Shown: positions 43,801-58,100 of the stretch, piece by piece
Numbering within the stretch: position 1 is the stretch's first letter
How the letters are laid out: each line of letters starts with the position of its first letter
NCBI GenBank assembly: GCA_965287045.1
Contig: OZ336885.1
Location: 61,566,001 to 61,630,000, forward strand
Length of the DNA stretch: 64,000 nt
From: Carcharhinus amblyrhynchos
Lineage: Eukaryota
Direction of reading: 5' to 3'
Translations under genes and position numbers: made by a program
Notes under the pieces: generated by a model
What the model was told of the DNA's origin: nothing
What the model saw: the letters and a program-made list of their open reading frames with translations, nothing else
Databases searched by the model: none

Positions 43801-46800
43801 CAGAGACAAACACCAAACGTTGTCAGAATTAAAGTTCTTTATTTGTCCTATATATGCAGGCAAGCTAACCTTTACGACTTAACCTCCATTGAATGCTGAA
43901 AATCAGTCAGTAAAACAACCACGAAGCAACAAATCTGACCCATTTTATACACTTTACAATCCTATCATGTAGGTGTGATTTCAAACAAGACTTGAACGCA
44001 CGTCATCTGATTCAATCAAACATGTCTAGACTCACACATCAGCCGATTCAATCAAAAACGAGTAGTTAGAGCAATTGCTGCATCCGAAAGCGCATCCTAT
44101 TAAAATACAAACTTCCAACTTACAAGCCCCACCCATCAGAACATAGCTATAATGTCTTTAGGATACGCCATTTGTTAGCGCAAAAGACAACATTACCACG
44201 TACTCAGCGAGACTCACACCCCAGCCGTGCTCAGCAAGCTGGAACCTCTGGTTAACCTGTTTTGTCAGTTTGCTCCTGTGAGCTATTTCTCTGCCGTTCT
44301 TGCTAGCCCAATAGTTCACCTTGCCCTCTAAAGCGGACATTAACGCTTTTATATCTCAAATGCCCTCATCATTGCTCGTCGGAGCATAAATCAGTGATGA
44401 TAAGCAAGTCAAAGAAGCTAACATGTTTCGTTCTTAATTGCATAGTTGCTATAATTTACTCTTCGATTATCACGGCAAAATAGATGTGATATGGCAGACT
44501 GAAAACATGTACACAAATCGATAGTTTTTTTGCCCCTTGCCATTGACATCAATTCCACGCGTTGCAGTTCACAAGATGCACAATTCTTAGCCTTAAATTC
44601 TATATCAACAATTAACAGTATCTCCTGCTCAGGCTGACGCTATGTCTCAAAGATATTGTCGTAATTTATTTCAAAAAACAATACTTTTGAAGTGACCGTC
44701 ATTGCCAACTACAACGCTATGACCACAGGTATACCTTCAGCAGTTAAGTGCCGCGACAATTGGGTGAACATTTCTTTTTACCACGTTTATGCGTCTCTGA
44801 CGAAATCAAATGCAATTCCTGATACATTAGAGAATTAACGGAAGGTTTTGCTTTCAAAATGTAATATCGGTTGGTTTTGACATGAGATCTTGTTCTATAA
44901 ATCAAAAAAAAGAGACGCTACAATAAACATATCTCGAAGAGCGCAATTTTCAACATTTTTTTTGTAAATAGCCGCCACTTTCTCAGATGGACGAATATAG
45001 GTCAATCGAGCGTTTACTTGCATCGTAAAATAATCGCCTTTAAAACTTGTTTACCCTTAAAGGGGTACGATCACATGTTCTGCTTGTGCCGCAGACATCT
45101 TGGGGGAAAGATGGCTACGTATTGATTGCAGTGCATCACGTGTAGCCACAATCTTCGTGCATTTTATTAGATAATTCCCAATATGAAAGCATCAGTTAGT
45201 AATCAGACATATATTTCTCCTTTGTGTCCCCTCAGTGATTGTGTCATCTGTGACATTCTATTCCCCGGTGAAAGTGGAAGCTGGGTCACTGAATATAATC
45301 AACACAGATATATTTACACTTTTGATCGACATATTGGGCAAGAAACAAAATAGGTCTCTAAGGGATTTTATGGAATTGAGACATAATTTCTTGACCGAAA
45401 ATATTGAACGTTAGAAGATGCTGTAGGAGCCGAATGGTGTATCACTATTCAGGATTATCGTGCAGGGCTATTCAAATAAAAGATTCTCACCTAAATCTTT
45501 CAAATTGTTTTTGCATTCGATGTGCTCTGGAGAGTGAAAAAGTACACCTCTGATGTGTACACTTGAAACATAATTTTCTTAACGTTTCCATGCAGGAGAT
45601 GTATTCAAGTAAATTGCAATTGGACTTTCAATCTTACTGTCAGTGCAACTCAAGTCAAGTGGTACGATTTTAAAACGACTAAGCATAAAGTCGTAGAGAG
45701 AACTAACAACATAATGTTTAACCTCTTCAGACAAATGTTCATGAGCCAATAAGTAGCAATTTAAACATTTGAGATGGGGTAATTGATTTAAACGAGTGAT
45801 TATGATTGTAAAGCAGGTATAGTGATATTTTGAATGGACTGTTCATTTTAATCAAATTATTTGCGTTGTCCGAAAGCAATTTACTGTTAGACATCACAAT
45901 TAAAAATGCATTAGGATGAAGACATTTTTCGAGAGGGGTTTTCAAATGTTGGAAAGAGGCAAGGTTTCTCAATTTTAGGTTCTCTTGGAAAGAATGTTTA
46001 GAATACCTCATCACATTTAACTAATCTGGTTTATTCACTTTATGGACGAGATGGACTAAAGCCCAGACGTGTTGTCACGAGTCAGTTTGGTTAAACAGTT
46101 GCTTAAAGAGAACCCATGAGAACGTTTATTTGAATTATGCGTCTTTTTGTATTGGCCAGGCAACCAGGTGTGTGGTCAGCTAAGGCAGGAGTTAAGTTCA
46201 TGTTTCACGATCTGATAGAGTACCATTATCCTGGGGGTGCAATGAGACTGGCCAAAAAAATTGACAAGTGTTATTGCTGATTTGTAATTCCTGGCGATGG
46301 TTGATTTAAAGTTCCTGGACGGCGGGAGCGATTGGTAAGAAACACAGCTCTCAAGTGTTATTGCACTGTTTGTATACGTTCGATTCATCAGCGCGGGTTT
46401 GCTGCACTGCGTAACCCTTAACGAACTACTTAACCCTTTGATGAGCACCTAGCGGCTGCTGGTTTAAATAAAGGAATGCGTTCAATAAAGAGACACTGGC
46501 TACGTGATTATTCTATTGTCAATTGTTTAGACAGTAGTGGTCACCTCAGTATAATACCAAAACTACCTTGCAATGTATCGGCAACAAATTGAAAGATGGA
46601 TACAATTGAGAAAAAAAAATGCTCTTATGGCCAAGATCACCAGCAAATACGTAAGTATCGACGAGGGGCTAATATTAGCATAAGCGGAAAATCAAAACGG
46701 ATTTGTTTCAGGGCGAACGATCGGCGGCTGAGTTGTAAGCATTCACATGTTGAAGCTTACAAGTCCTAAATATTAGCAGTACAAGTCCATAATGAAGTCA

Positions 46801-49098
46801 AGTCACTGCATGTATTAATGTTCCAATCAATTAAATAAAAAAAACAAAGAGACCCGGTTAGGGTAGTTGCGTTTGACACAATGGTTCGATACAGAATGTG
46901 TGGCTGTTGTTTTCAGTGCTTCCTAACAGTTGAGATAATAAGTTCCAATACTATATTGTCCATTAATTGCATTACATAAAACAACAAACCTCTGTACCCG
47001 CCTTGTTGTGCGGTCATGATCTGATTCCATGTTTCTTGTTTGTGCAATCCAAGGCAAGTAAAGAGTTGTTCGCTATGAATTATGAGAAATCAAATGATTA
47101 TGCTGAACAAGGAATCAGTATCTAATTCCAGAATGCATCCTCAATGTCTGAGGAAATTATAGTTTCAATTCAGATCATAGTTGTTGTGGCAACCATTGAG
47201 AATCAAGCAGATCATACTGCGATGCAGAAACAAATCAGATTTTTTTTTTAATTTCAGTACAGTGCCCATATCAATATCAGTGGAGTCTAGTATTAAGTTA
47301 GTAAGCATGCTGGCAGTCCACATATTGGCATTTATTGTCGCTGAAAACGAAAAGTATCACAATAAATTACCTTCTTCCTTCGATTTCAATTTCTCTTCTG
47401 TGTAAACGCATCCATTAATTCAATGCACACTTCCATTATTGGAGAGCAATTATAACTTCAACGCTAATTTTGGTGTGATTCTCTGCTTGCCAATTCATCC
47501 ATAAGTTATATTCCAATTCCATGTGCGTTGTTTTTCCATGTTAACATTTTGCATATTTCACGTGATTCAGTGCGTAGCCGGCTTGGAGAGACATAGTGCA
47601 GAATTGCTACTAATGCAGCAAGGGCATTTTTGAACATAGTAGCCGAGAATTCGCTTGAATCCAAATCAGTATGCAGTGTGAATTTTGATCCTAATTAATT
47701 CTTCATGAAAATTGAAATATGTGATCCGCCAGGTAGCATTAAATGATTTTCACTGCGATGCAAATATATAAAAAAAATAGACGTATTTGTCTGTTTCGAA
47801 TAGTTAGGCTAACATAAGTACATTCAATACACACTGTATAGTTCAGCATTTGTAAGCAATATGCATTACACAGTATGGAGAACAGACAACATCGATAAAC
47901 TGATTTCTTTCGGAAAACCCGTCGTCTGACGTCATATTGATGAGTGATGTAACTGAGTACAGATTTTCCACCTTCTACCTCAGACTTGGAGAGTTTAGAG
48001 TTGTTGAACATGAACGTTAATGATACGTTGTATTAGAAATGCATCATGTGCAGCACGTTGCTATTTTCTTTTCATTATTATCGCACATTTTCAGTTATAA
48101 TAACTTCCATTTCAATCGAGCAATGTAGGCCTTACCCAAATCTTTCAACTGTTGTTTGCATGAGTTTTGCTCTGGAATGAGATAATGGGAACTATTACTG
48201 CTTTAATATTAAGCGAACCAACTTTGGAAATATGAATTATTTCAAGAGTAACTTCACACTACGCTTGGAATAGCTGTTCAATGTTTGTTTATAAGTAACA
48301 CAGATTTGAAACATTGATGCTGATCACGTGCCTTTATTTCCCCTGTCGATTCGGCTAAAAGCGCAAACGGATTACTTGTATATGTTGGTTGAATTGTTGG
48401 CAATTTTCATAATTAAAAGAAAAGTAACACATCCCTGTCATTGTTTATGGTAATTGAGGCTATAATGATGAGAACCAATTCGATACCCTAAATATGCCCT
48501 ATTCCCAGAGTTTGTTGTTAAAACTCTTTCCAATTCATCCCACCGATCGCCTGGTCGTCATTCAACATCCCAAATTGTGCGGTAGGATCGTGTCCACTTT
48601 CAGATCTATAGTGTTGAATAAAAAGCCTACAAATACAAATGCTAGTCCAGGAGAGACATTTATATACACAATTTCCCACCATGAATATTGACAACAGTGA
48701 CTTGTTGTTATTCGCATGAGAAAATTGTAACATTCCGACATTTCTTGCCAACGAAGAGGCAAAGTGGATCAGACAGAACTTTATTTCATTTTTATTTCGC
48801 AAGCAGATAATCATTGTGTCAAATATGCGTTTCAATTTCGACTAATTTGTGTTTCTGCCGACATCAACTTGTTCTATAAGTAGTCCCCATATTTTTGCAC
48901 CTTGAGTGCCCACATTGCAGTTCCTCAAATTTCCTCTGATTTGACTTCCGATCCGTGCAGCCCTACCTACGACACCGAACCTCACAAGTTTGACCCCGAA
49001 ACCCCTTCACTTGATAGGCATGCTAAACGACACACCGGTACAAAAACTCCACCTCCAACCTCACCCCCCTCCACCACCCCACCCCCCCGCCGCCCGAC

Positions 49099-49154
<56 letters not shown>

Positions 49155-52100
49155 TCATCATCCGTTTTCCGACAATCCAACCCCTCACCAATGTAAACGG
49201 AATGATTCTTCGTTTTGCTCCGAAAAGGAAAACATGTGCAGTGTCAAAGGGAAGGCAGGAATCTTGCATTGAAGCAGTCTTTAGACAAGCATTCAAGGTA
49301 GAGACAGGTGCAGAAATGATTTGCCCCATTCTGCACTATGAGCATCACGTTGTTTATTCATTTATGGGGCATGGTCTTCGATGGCTGTCCAGCATTTGTT
49401 CCCCACTGCTAGTTGCCTTTGAGTGGGTGGCGACGAAATGGCTTCTTGACTCGCTGCAGTCCATCTGTTGCGTGTTGACCCAAATACCTCCCGGGAGTGA
49501 ATTCCCGGATTGTGACCAACTTTTATTTTATTCTTTTACATTTTTTTTTGTTGTACTAGCTATATTTACGACATCAACAGGAATTCTGCTTGCATGTGAT
49601 TTTCCTTGCCACAAGAAGAAACAACCTCGCTTAACAGCCACAGAATTCGAATTGCCCTTTATCCATGTTTCTATGTTGGTGCTCATAGGGATTTTTTGAG
49701 TCTATATTTTGACAAACTTAACCTAAATACAGAAGCTCATCAAACTCTGTGCACTAATTTTAAGGCGTTTTTTTAGTAAGCAAACGATGCAATTGGAGAA
49801 TAAACGTTCAAGTCCAGACCAGCAAAAAAAATTAAAAAAAACAAATTAATTCAACACCAACAACTTTGCACTGCTTTACTAAGACAAACTACCCATGGAG
49901 TATGTGAAAATCATTGTTTACAATCCAGGATCCGCAGTGGACTTCTTGGCATCGTCCAGCTCCGACAGGAGGTAGAACACAATACTACAGTTGTCAATAT
50001 TATATTGATTGCAAATTCGCTAGCAGGACACTCTTGTGCATTAGCGCAAGTGCCTCAGTGGCCCATGTGAAATTGCGGCCGATATGGTACACGCTCACCA
50101 ACGCTATTGCTATATTTATATCTCAGCACTTCATTAATCGCTGTTTGTTTTTTTTCTGCTAGCCACAGCACTATGTTTCCTTCATTCAACCATGAATTCT
50201 GTTCAAATGAATTCAACTAGTTGCTAAATAAACATTTGCCCAATCGCCCTCTTTCCTATGAAGACAAATTAGAAGATTAATTGATCAATTGAGAACAGCT
50301 TTCTAACACAATCAAAATAACTTTTGTTTTCGAAATACTGAAAATTCATAATTCCCTTCGCCTTTCACAATCGTCATTTTGACAACAGTTTTATTAATCC
50401 TGTAATCCACTTAGAATAATTTAATCACTCGATCGCGAACTTGGTACTTGTGGAGTCGGCTTTTTTTTATTGTACTATGTGTTTAGTTTTAACTTGATTG
50501 CACTACTGTAAGTGACATGTGAACATGAAGAAATCAGGTGGAAGGATTTTTTTTTTGCTGGCCTGGACTTGAACGTTTGCTTAATCGTTCATTATAAAAC
50601 GTCATACCCTTTCGCGTTGCCGACAACGTTTCTTCTGTAAAGCATAAAATACGGATTTGTGAATCACAACCAAACTTTCTCGCTAAGACCTTCGTTGACG
50701 AAAACAACTATTCCCTGACCATAAAGTATCGAGCAGAATTTGGGAATCTGGTGCATTCACTGGTGGACCACACTATCATGGTTGATAAGCCTCTCAAACC
50801 CATTCTCCCACCATTCCCCGTCACCTTTGATCGCATTACCACGCGGGAACTTCGTTATCTTTGTCTTAACAATGCTTAAATACCTGAACTCCATCGCCTT
50901 CTGGGGTAATGAATTCCATAGATTCACCACCCTGCAGACATTCCTCTTCATATCGGTTCGAAAGGGCCGTCCCTGAAACTGAGGAAATGCTCTCGGATCC
51001 TAGTATGTCCTATTGATTGAATGAATTTCCCCACATCAGCAGTACCCGGCTGTTTAATATTCAGTAAGTTGCAATGCAATTTCATCTTCCTTGTAATCTC
51101 ATCGAATACAGATTCATGGTCCTCAAACATTCCCCATACGTCAAGCTTTATATGCCTGGGATAATTCTCGTGAACTTCATTCGCACAATCACCAAGTACA
51201 GCACATCCGTGCTTAGTCGCAGGGCCCAAATCGTTTCTTGCTATTCCAAGATTGATCTTCTCGTGCTTTTCATAAGATGTATATGACTAAAAAGCTTCAC
51301 CAGCACAGAACAAAACAAAAACGAGCTGTTTCATCGAAAAAGAACGATATAATCAGGAGGTGCCCTAAGTGTCAACAATTGTCTGTCATGTGCCTCAGTT
51401 GTGCAACGTGAATCTACCAACGTTCAATTTAACTGAAAGTCATTGCATTACATTCTTCCTTTTGAGTCAATTCTTTTTAGCCTTAATTACCTCGGAAGAT
51501 AAACAATAGCACATCAGCTACCTCAACTCGAGATTCCAAATTGTCATTTTTGTCACTTCCTTCAAACGAGCCAGAAAGCTGCCGCATGCAAAATCACAAA
51601 GTCCGCCTGCATTCTTGTTCAATTGTGCTAATAGTTATTCAGAATTTGTACGGTGCATTTCCTGATAATTGTTCTTTCGTGCATCTATCAATGATGATAA
51701 AAAGTCAAGTGAACTAACATGTTTGGTTCGTAGTTGCATGGTTGCTATAATTTCCATTTCGATTTTCGTGACAAAATTAATGTGATTTAGTCAACAGAAA
51801 ATATACGCACAAAGCTTTTGCCTTTGACATTAATGCCAGCCTGTGCATTTCAGAAGGTGTGCACCTTTTCGCAATAAATCTATATCAACGTTTAACAATA
51901 TATTCTGCTCTGTTTTACGCTGTGTCTCAAAGAAGTTGCAGTCATTTATTTCAAAAGTTATACTTTTAGAATGGCCTTCATTATCAGCAACACCATTATT
52001 ACCACAGATATACTGTCAGCAGTTAAGTGCCACGAAAATTAGATGAACGTTTTGTTTTGCCAAATTTCTGAGCCACTGACTGTACAAAATGTTACAGAAT

Positions 52101-55100
52101 TAACAGAATGCAATACCAGTTGGCTTTGATAAAAGCTCTTGTTCTATAAAACAAAAAAAAATCATTGAGAAGCTAGAACAAAAAATATCTCGAACTGCGC
52201 AATTTTCAAAACTGGTTGAAATAGCATTCACTTTCTCAGCTGGAAATATAGAACAACGCAGAGGTTACTTGCATCGTAAAATATTCCCCTTTACAAAATG
52301 ATAACACTTAAATGGGTGCTAACATATGGTCTGCATGTGCCGCATATATGTTGTTGTTTAATTACATGGAAAAATAAATATATAACTAATGGTCGTCCAT
52401 GGTGGAACATGCATAGCCGTTATCACCGTACCTTTTTTTATTAGATTATTCCTAACCGAGAAGCATCAGGCAGTCATTTCGCCATTGTCTTCCCTCAACG
52501 ATTGCGAAGTCGGTGGAACTCTCCTCACCATTGAAAATGGACGTTCTGTCACTGAATCTAATCAACCACCGAGTTCTATTGCTTTTGATTGACATTTCAG
52601 TCAAACATCAAAGTACGGCTCAAACTGATTTAATGTAAACGAGAGAACAATCATTTTCATGACCGGAAATATTGAACGCCCGAAGTGCTGTACGAGCCGA
52701 ATGGTATACCACTATTCGGGGTTTTCGTGCAGGTTTCCGCGCATAAAGAAAAAAACTCACCTAAATCTTTCAAATCCTTTTTGCATTCGATGAGCTCTGG
52801 AGTGTGAAAAAGTATACCTCTGAGATATTCACTTAAACATAAAACAATATTTTCTTGAGATTCCCATGATGGAGATGCATTAAAACATGTTGCAATTCGA
52901 CATTCAATCTCACTGTCATTGCAACCCAAACGTGATGGTTAGATTTTGAAATTACTAAACATATTGGCACTCACAGAAATAGCAGCATCAAGTTAACAAC
53001 CTTAAGAATATAAGGTTCGTGAGCTAACAAGAAGCAATTTAAACATTGCAATGTGGTAATTGAGTTAAATAATTGAGTTAAATAGTTATGATTGTAAAAT
53101 ACGCACACTAATATTTTGAAACACTGTTGATTTTAATCAATATTGTTTGCTTTGTCTGAAAGGAATTCACTGCCAAAGATCACAATAAAAATATACTAGG
53201 ATGAAGACATGCTTTGAGAGAAAAAGGCAAGAGGAAAGAGGCAAGATTTATTAATTGTGGGTTCTGTCGGAAAGAACGTTTAGAATACGTCATTACATTT
53301 AACGAAACTAGTTTATTCACCGTGCAGACAAGATTGACTTGGGCCCAAACATGTTGTTGAGAGTCAGTTTGGTTAGACAGTGACCTTAAAGTGACATCAG
53401 AACGGTTATTTGAACATTCCTGAATTTTAGGCATCAAGGCATCCGGGCGTGTGGTCAGCCAAGACAGGAGTTAGGTTCCGTGTTTCACGATCTGATAAAA
53501 TACCGTTATCCTGGGAATGGGCTGCGACTGGCCAAAGAACTTTACAGTATAATTGCTAATGTGAGTATCCAGGAAATGGTTGATTTAATGTTACTCAACG
53601 GCGGGAACGACTGATCAGAAACAAAGTTTTTTTTTCACTTTTTTTGTATATGTTACATTCAACACAGAAATTTTGCTGCACCATATCGGAGCTGCTTGAC
53701 CCTTTGATGACTACCTGGTTGCTGTTGTTTCAAACAAAGGAATGTGTTTATTCAAAAGACACTAGCTAAGGGAGTTTTCTATTGTCAGTGGTTTAGACAC
53801 TAGTGGTCACCTCAGTATTCCGCCAAACTTGCATTGCAATGTTCAGGCAACAAATTGAATGATACAATCGAGAAGAAATTGGTTATGTGACCCAAATCAT
53901 CAGTAACCAATGAAGTATTGACGAGAGGCTAACATTAGTATAAAACCAAAAACAAAACGGATTTTTTTCAGGGCACACGATCAGTGGTTGAGTTGCAAGC
54001 ATTTAGATGTTGAACCTTTCAAGTCCTGAATATTGCAGCACAAGTCTCCCATAATGAAGGCAAAACACCGCACGTATTAATGTTCCCACCAGTTAAAACA
54101 AAGACAAGGGACGTGGGTTAGATGCAAGAGTTTGAAACAGTGATCTGATAAAGAATGTCTGGCTTTTGTTACAATGTTTCAGGGCTTCCTAACAGATTTG
54201 GTAATACGTTGCAACACCATATTGTCCATTGATTGCATTGCGCAAAACAATAAACTGGTATAACCGTTTTTTTTGGAGGGGGGGGGGGGGGATATGATCC
54301 GATACCATGTTTCTTGTTTGTGCAATTCAATGCAAAGTATACAGTTGGTTTGCTATGAATTATGACAAATGAAATGATTATGCTGAATAGAGTATCGATA
54401 TCTAATTCCTGAATGTGTGAGGAAATTATTTTTTCAATTCAGATCATAGTTGTTGTGACAAACATTTAGCATCAAGGGCATCAAGCTACGATTAAAGAAA
54501 AGAAAATCAAACTATTCGAATCTCAGTACAACGCCTGCCGTCTAATATTATGTTAATAAGCATGCTGGCAGTCGACATTTCGACATTTTGTGTCGTTCAA
54601 AACGAAGAGTATCGTGATAAATTACCTTCTTCTTTCGATTTCAATTTATCTTCTGTGAAAACACATCCGATAATTCAATGCATACTTCCATCATTGTGGA
54701 ACAATTATCACTTAAATGTTTTCGGTTGCGCTTCTCTGTTTGCCAATTTATCCATAAGTTCTATTCCAATTCCATGTGAGTTGCTTGTCCACATTCTGCA
54801 GATTGCGTAAGACTACATCGGCTTGCAGGGATAGAATGCAGAGTTGATACTGATCCAGCGAAGATTTTTTTTTGAACATAATTGTCAAGAATGTGCATGA
54901 ATCCAATTTAGTGTGTAGTCTAAGTTTTGATCCGAATTATGTCTTCATGAGTGTTGAAGTATATGATCGACCAGGTAGCTTTTTTTTAAGTGAGAGTTGA
55001 AGATTTAAAGATACAATTTTGCATTTAACATTTTGTAGCTGTTTCGAATAGTTAGGCCAATATATGTGCATTCAATACACTATCGTTTAGCAACTCTAAG

Positions 55101-58100
55101 CACTTGCAGTGCATTGGAGTACAGACAACATCGCCAAACTCAAAATATTTTTTTCTTTCGAAAACCCATCATGTGACGTCGTAAAGGTGGATGATGAAAC
55201 TGAGTACAGATTTTCCACTACCGATATGAAACTTGGAATGTTTACATTTCGTTAACTAGAAAGGTAATGATATTTTGTGTCAGCATAGAATATAAGCTCA
55301 ACATACGCCACACATTGCATTTTCTTTTATTTGTTGTCACATACTTGCAGCTATAAGAAATTGTTTCCTGTTCAATTGTGCAATGTGGAACTCACCCAAA
55401 TCTTTCAAATCTTTTTTACATGCCATGAACTCTGGAATGGGATAATGAGAACTATTAATATGTTACTATTAGGCGAGTTAACTTTGGAATTGTGAATTCA
55501 TTCAAGCATTATAGAATAGCGTAATCAAACTTCGTCTGGAATACCCGCTTAATGGTTGTTTCCATGCAGCACACGTTTGAAACATTGATGCTGACACGTG
55601 CCTTTTTTTATCCTGTCGATTCAGCTAAAAGGGCAGACAAAATACTTGCTTGCGTTCGTTGCATTTTTCGTCATTTCCGCAATGTAAAATGGGAAACAAA
55701 TCCCGTTATTATTTACGGCGAGGCTATAACAATGAGCACCAAATCAATACCCTATTTACGCAGTATTATTTTGGTAATGCCCTTTCCAACTAAGTTCACT
55801 GTTAGCTTAATCGTTATTCAGCAGTCCAAATTGTGCAGGAGTAACGTGTCGGCGTTTATGATCTACGCTGCTGAATTACACGCCTGCAAACAGCAAGCCA
55901 ATGGAACCTAAAATTCGCAAGCAATTCGAATGTCAGCACACGAGTTGGCTGTTTCGTGAGAGACAATTATATATCCAGTTTCCCGACATGCATATCGACA
56001 ACAGTCATATGCTCTTATTCGCATGGGTAAAATAACATTCTGGCAGTTATTGCCAACGAAAAAGGCAAAATAGATTAGGCAGATCTTCATTCCATTTTTA
56101 TTTAATAAGCAGGTAATCGTTGTATGGAATATGCGTTTCAATTTCGATTCATTTGTGTTTCTGCCAACATCAAGTTCTTCTGTAAGCAGTCCTCATATTT
56201 TTCCATCTTCGATTCCTCGATTTTTCTTTGATATGACTTCCCACCGCGACGCCCTGCAGCATTGCCTCCAACACCATGCCTCATAGGTGGGACACCGAAA
56301 CTCCTCCCCTTGATTGATATGCGAAACTACACACCCGCACACATACTCCATGTGACGCCCGCTCTCGCCCTCTTCATCAGCTTGTTCTCCAATCATCGAC
56401 TTCCTCAGCAATGTAATTGGAATGATACTTCATTTTGCTATGCAAAGGAAAACAGGCGCAGTGTCAAAAAGAAAGCATCAATCTTGTCGTACGAAATAGC
56501 CTTCATACAGGGAACCAAGACATAGACAGGTATCGACAATATTCGCCACATTCTGTACTGTAAACATTGCGTTGTGTATTAATTTGTGGGACATATTCCT
56601 CACAGACTGGCCGGCATTTGTTCTCCAGCTCTCGCCACCACCACCCCCCCCACCCCCCAGAAGGTGCTAATGAAACGGCTACTTGAATCGCTGCAGTCCA
56701 TGTATTGTGGGATGACGCACAATACTGCGAGGAAGGGAATTCCGGATTTTGCACAAGATGATCCAAGCTCGCTTTATAACCGGATAATTCAAATTGCTTT
56801 TTGGCCATGTTTCTATGTTGATAGTCATAGGTTAAGTGTAATGTTTTGCTAAACCTGAGCTAAATGCAGAGGCACATAAAACTAAGTGTGCTGGTTTTAT
56901 GGCGTGCTTCACGAAGGATACGATCCAATTGGAGAATAATAAATGCAACCCAACACCCCAGGTACTGAATGCGGGCAAGCCAATATCACACTGAAAGACA
57001 ATATTATTGCGAGGACATTTATGTATCTTATAATCATATATACTCTACGTTTCTGGTGGGCAGAATCTACTGAACATGAATACCTTTCTTCTGTTGCCAA
57101 GCAACACTGGATGCTGAACAGTGAGGTCTGAAATATTTCGACCGACTGGAACCCGTGTGACACTCCTCAGTCCGTGAGGAAAACCTTATGTAGGCCTTTC
57201 AACTGTGTTATTAGCTTGAAGGTGTGAATTTATATCCATCAAACTGCCATTTTTAGCCATCTTCAACGCAACGACATGCTGATAAATTGGTCCCATTAAG
57301 TCAAACTATGGTCCCACGGAACGCAAGTCCGGCCTGATACCTCACCCGATCAAACCCTGCTCTATCTTCAGTCGTTGTTTGCATTCTCGCAGGGTGTGTT
57401 CGAGAATAAAACTCGGTCTATTTCATCAGTTCGAAGTAGTTCAGACGTATTTGAAAGAGCGATGTTTTGTGTAGCAACCGCCGTGTTAGCTCTCTACATA
57501 GTATAATTTCATTCACAGCAAAATCAATATTATATTAGTGTTCTGAAACCCATGATGTTGCATTTTATTAGCCTAATTGACTTCCCCCGCCCCCGTCATC
57601 TGGCTGGCAACTCCACTGTATGCTCAAAAAACGGACAGAACATTGATTTAGTGATTGCTCAAGCGAATGATTATCCCAATTGTTTTCTTCCTCAATGGAA
57701 TGCATTTATAATCGGATAAGGCTAGGTGATAACATTTCGGAATTTTTATCAATTCATTCTGTTCCCTGCTTTGAACGAATGGTTGCAAAAACTGATTTTC
57801 ATAAGGTTACATGAAAATTGGCATGTTCCATTTAAGTTGTGCATTTTGATGATGTTTCTGTATGTTTTGATGCCAGTCATGCCAGGCGCTTGCAGATGTG
57901 GCACCGTCATTTTTTTTCAGTCGGATAGATTCTGTTGCGTTAGCAGAGTCAAAAGCTAAAACAAAACCGTGACACACACATTAGTTGCAAAATGTACATG
58001 GTCATAGCTTTCATTCAAATCCTTGGGTGTTCAGTTACACCTTGTCAGCTAAACTGCAAATAAAGTATTTAAATCTGCGGCAGGTTTCAGGGGAATGGTG

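Larger units (their letters stand above)
41106..44358 (-). mobile_element. Internally deleted endogenous retrovirus (5' LTR ~43760-44358, 3' LTR ~41106-41660)
   Basis: Two diverged direct repeats both starting TGAGATA on minus; PBS 43740-43757; purine tract GGAAAGATAAAATGATGGGA at 41661-41680; env and gag remnants; no pol seen. Confidence 0.9.
40545..51270. repeat. Segmental duplication copy B (with ERV insertion and ~1.2 kb internal deletion)
   Basis: Collinear with A and C; extra sequence at 41.1-44.36 kb; lacks the equivalent of A ~36455-37705. Confidence 0.9.

Noticed and set aside
48902-49699. Longest ORF in the track (265 aa) and its overlapping ORFs
   Set aside because: Held open by the (CA)n and C-rich tract; the paralogous sequence in copies A and C is not open; no domain similarity recognised.
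52657-52929. Longer Cys-rich reading of the 36-nt exons using an upstream AG (~150-nt exon; also ORF 32086-32421)
   Set aside because: The upstream extension has different frames and stops among the three copies; only the last 36 nt keep frame and have a pyrimidine-rich acceptor.
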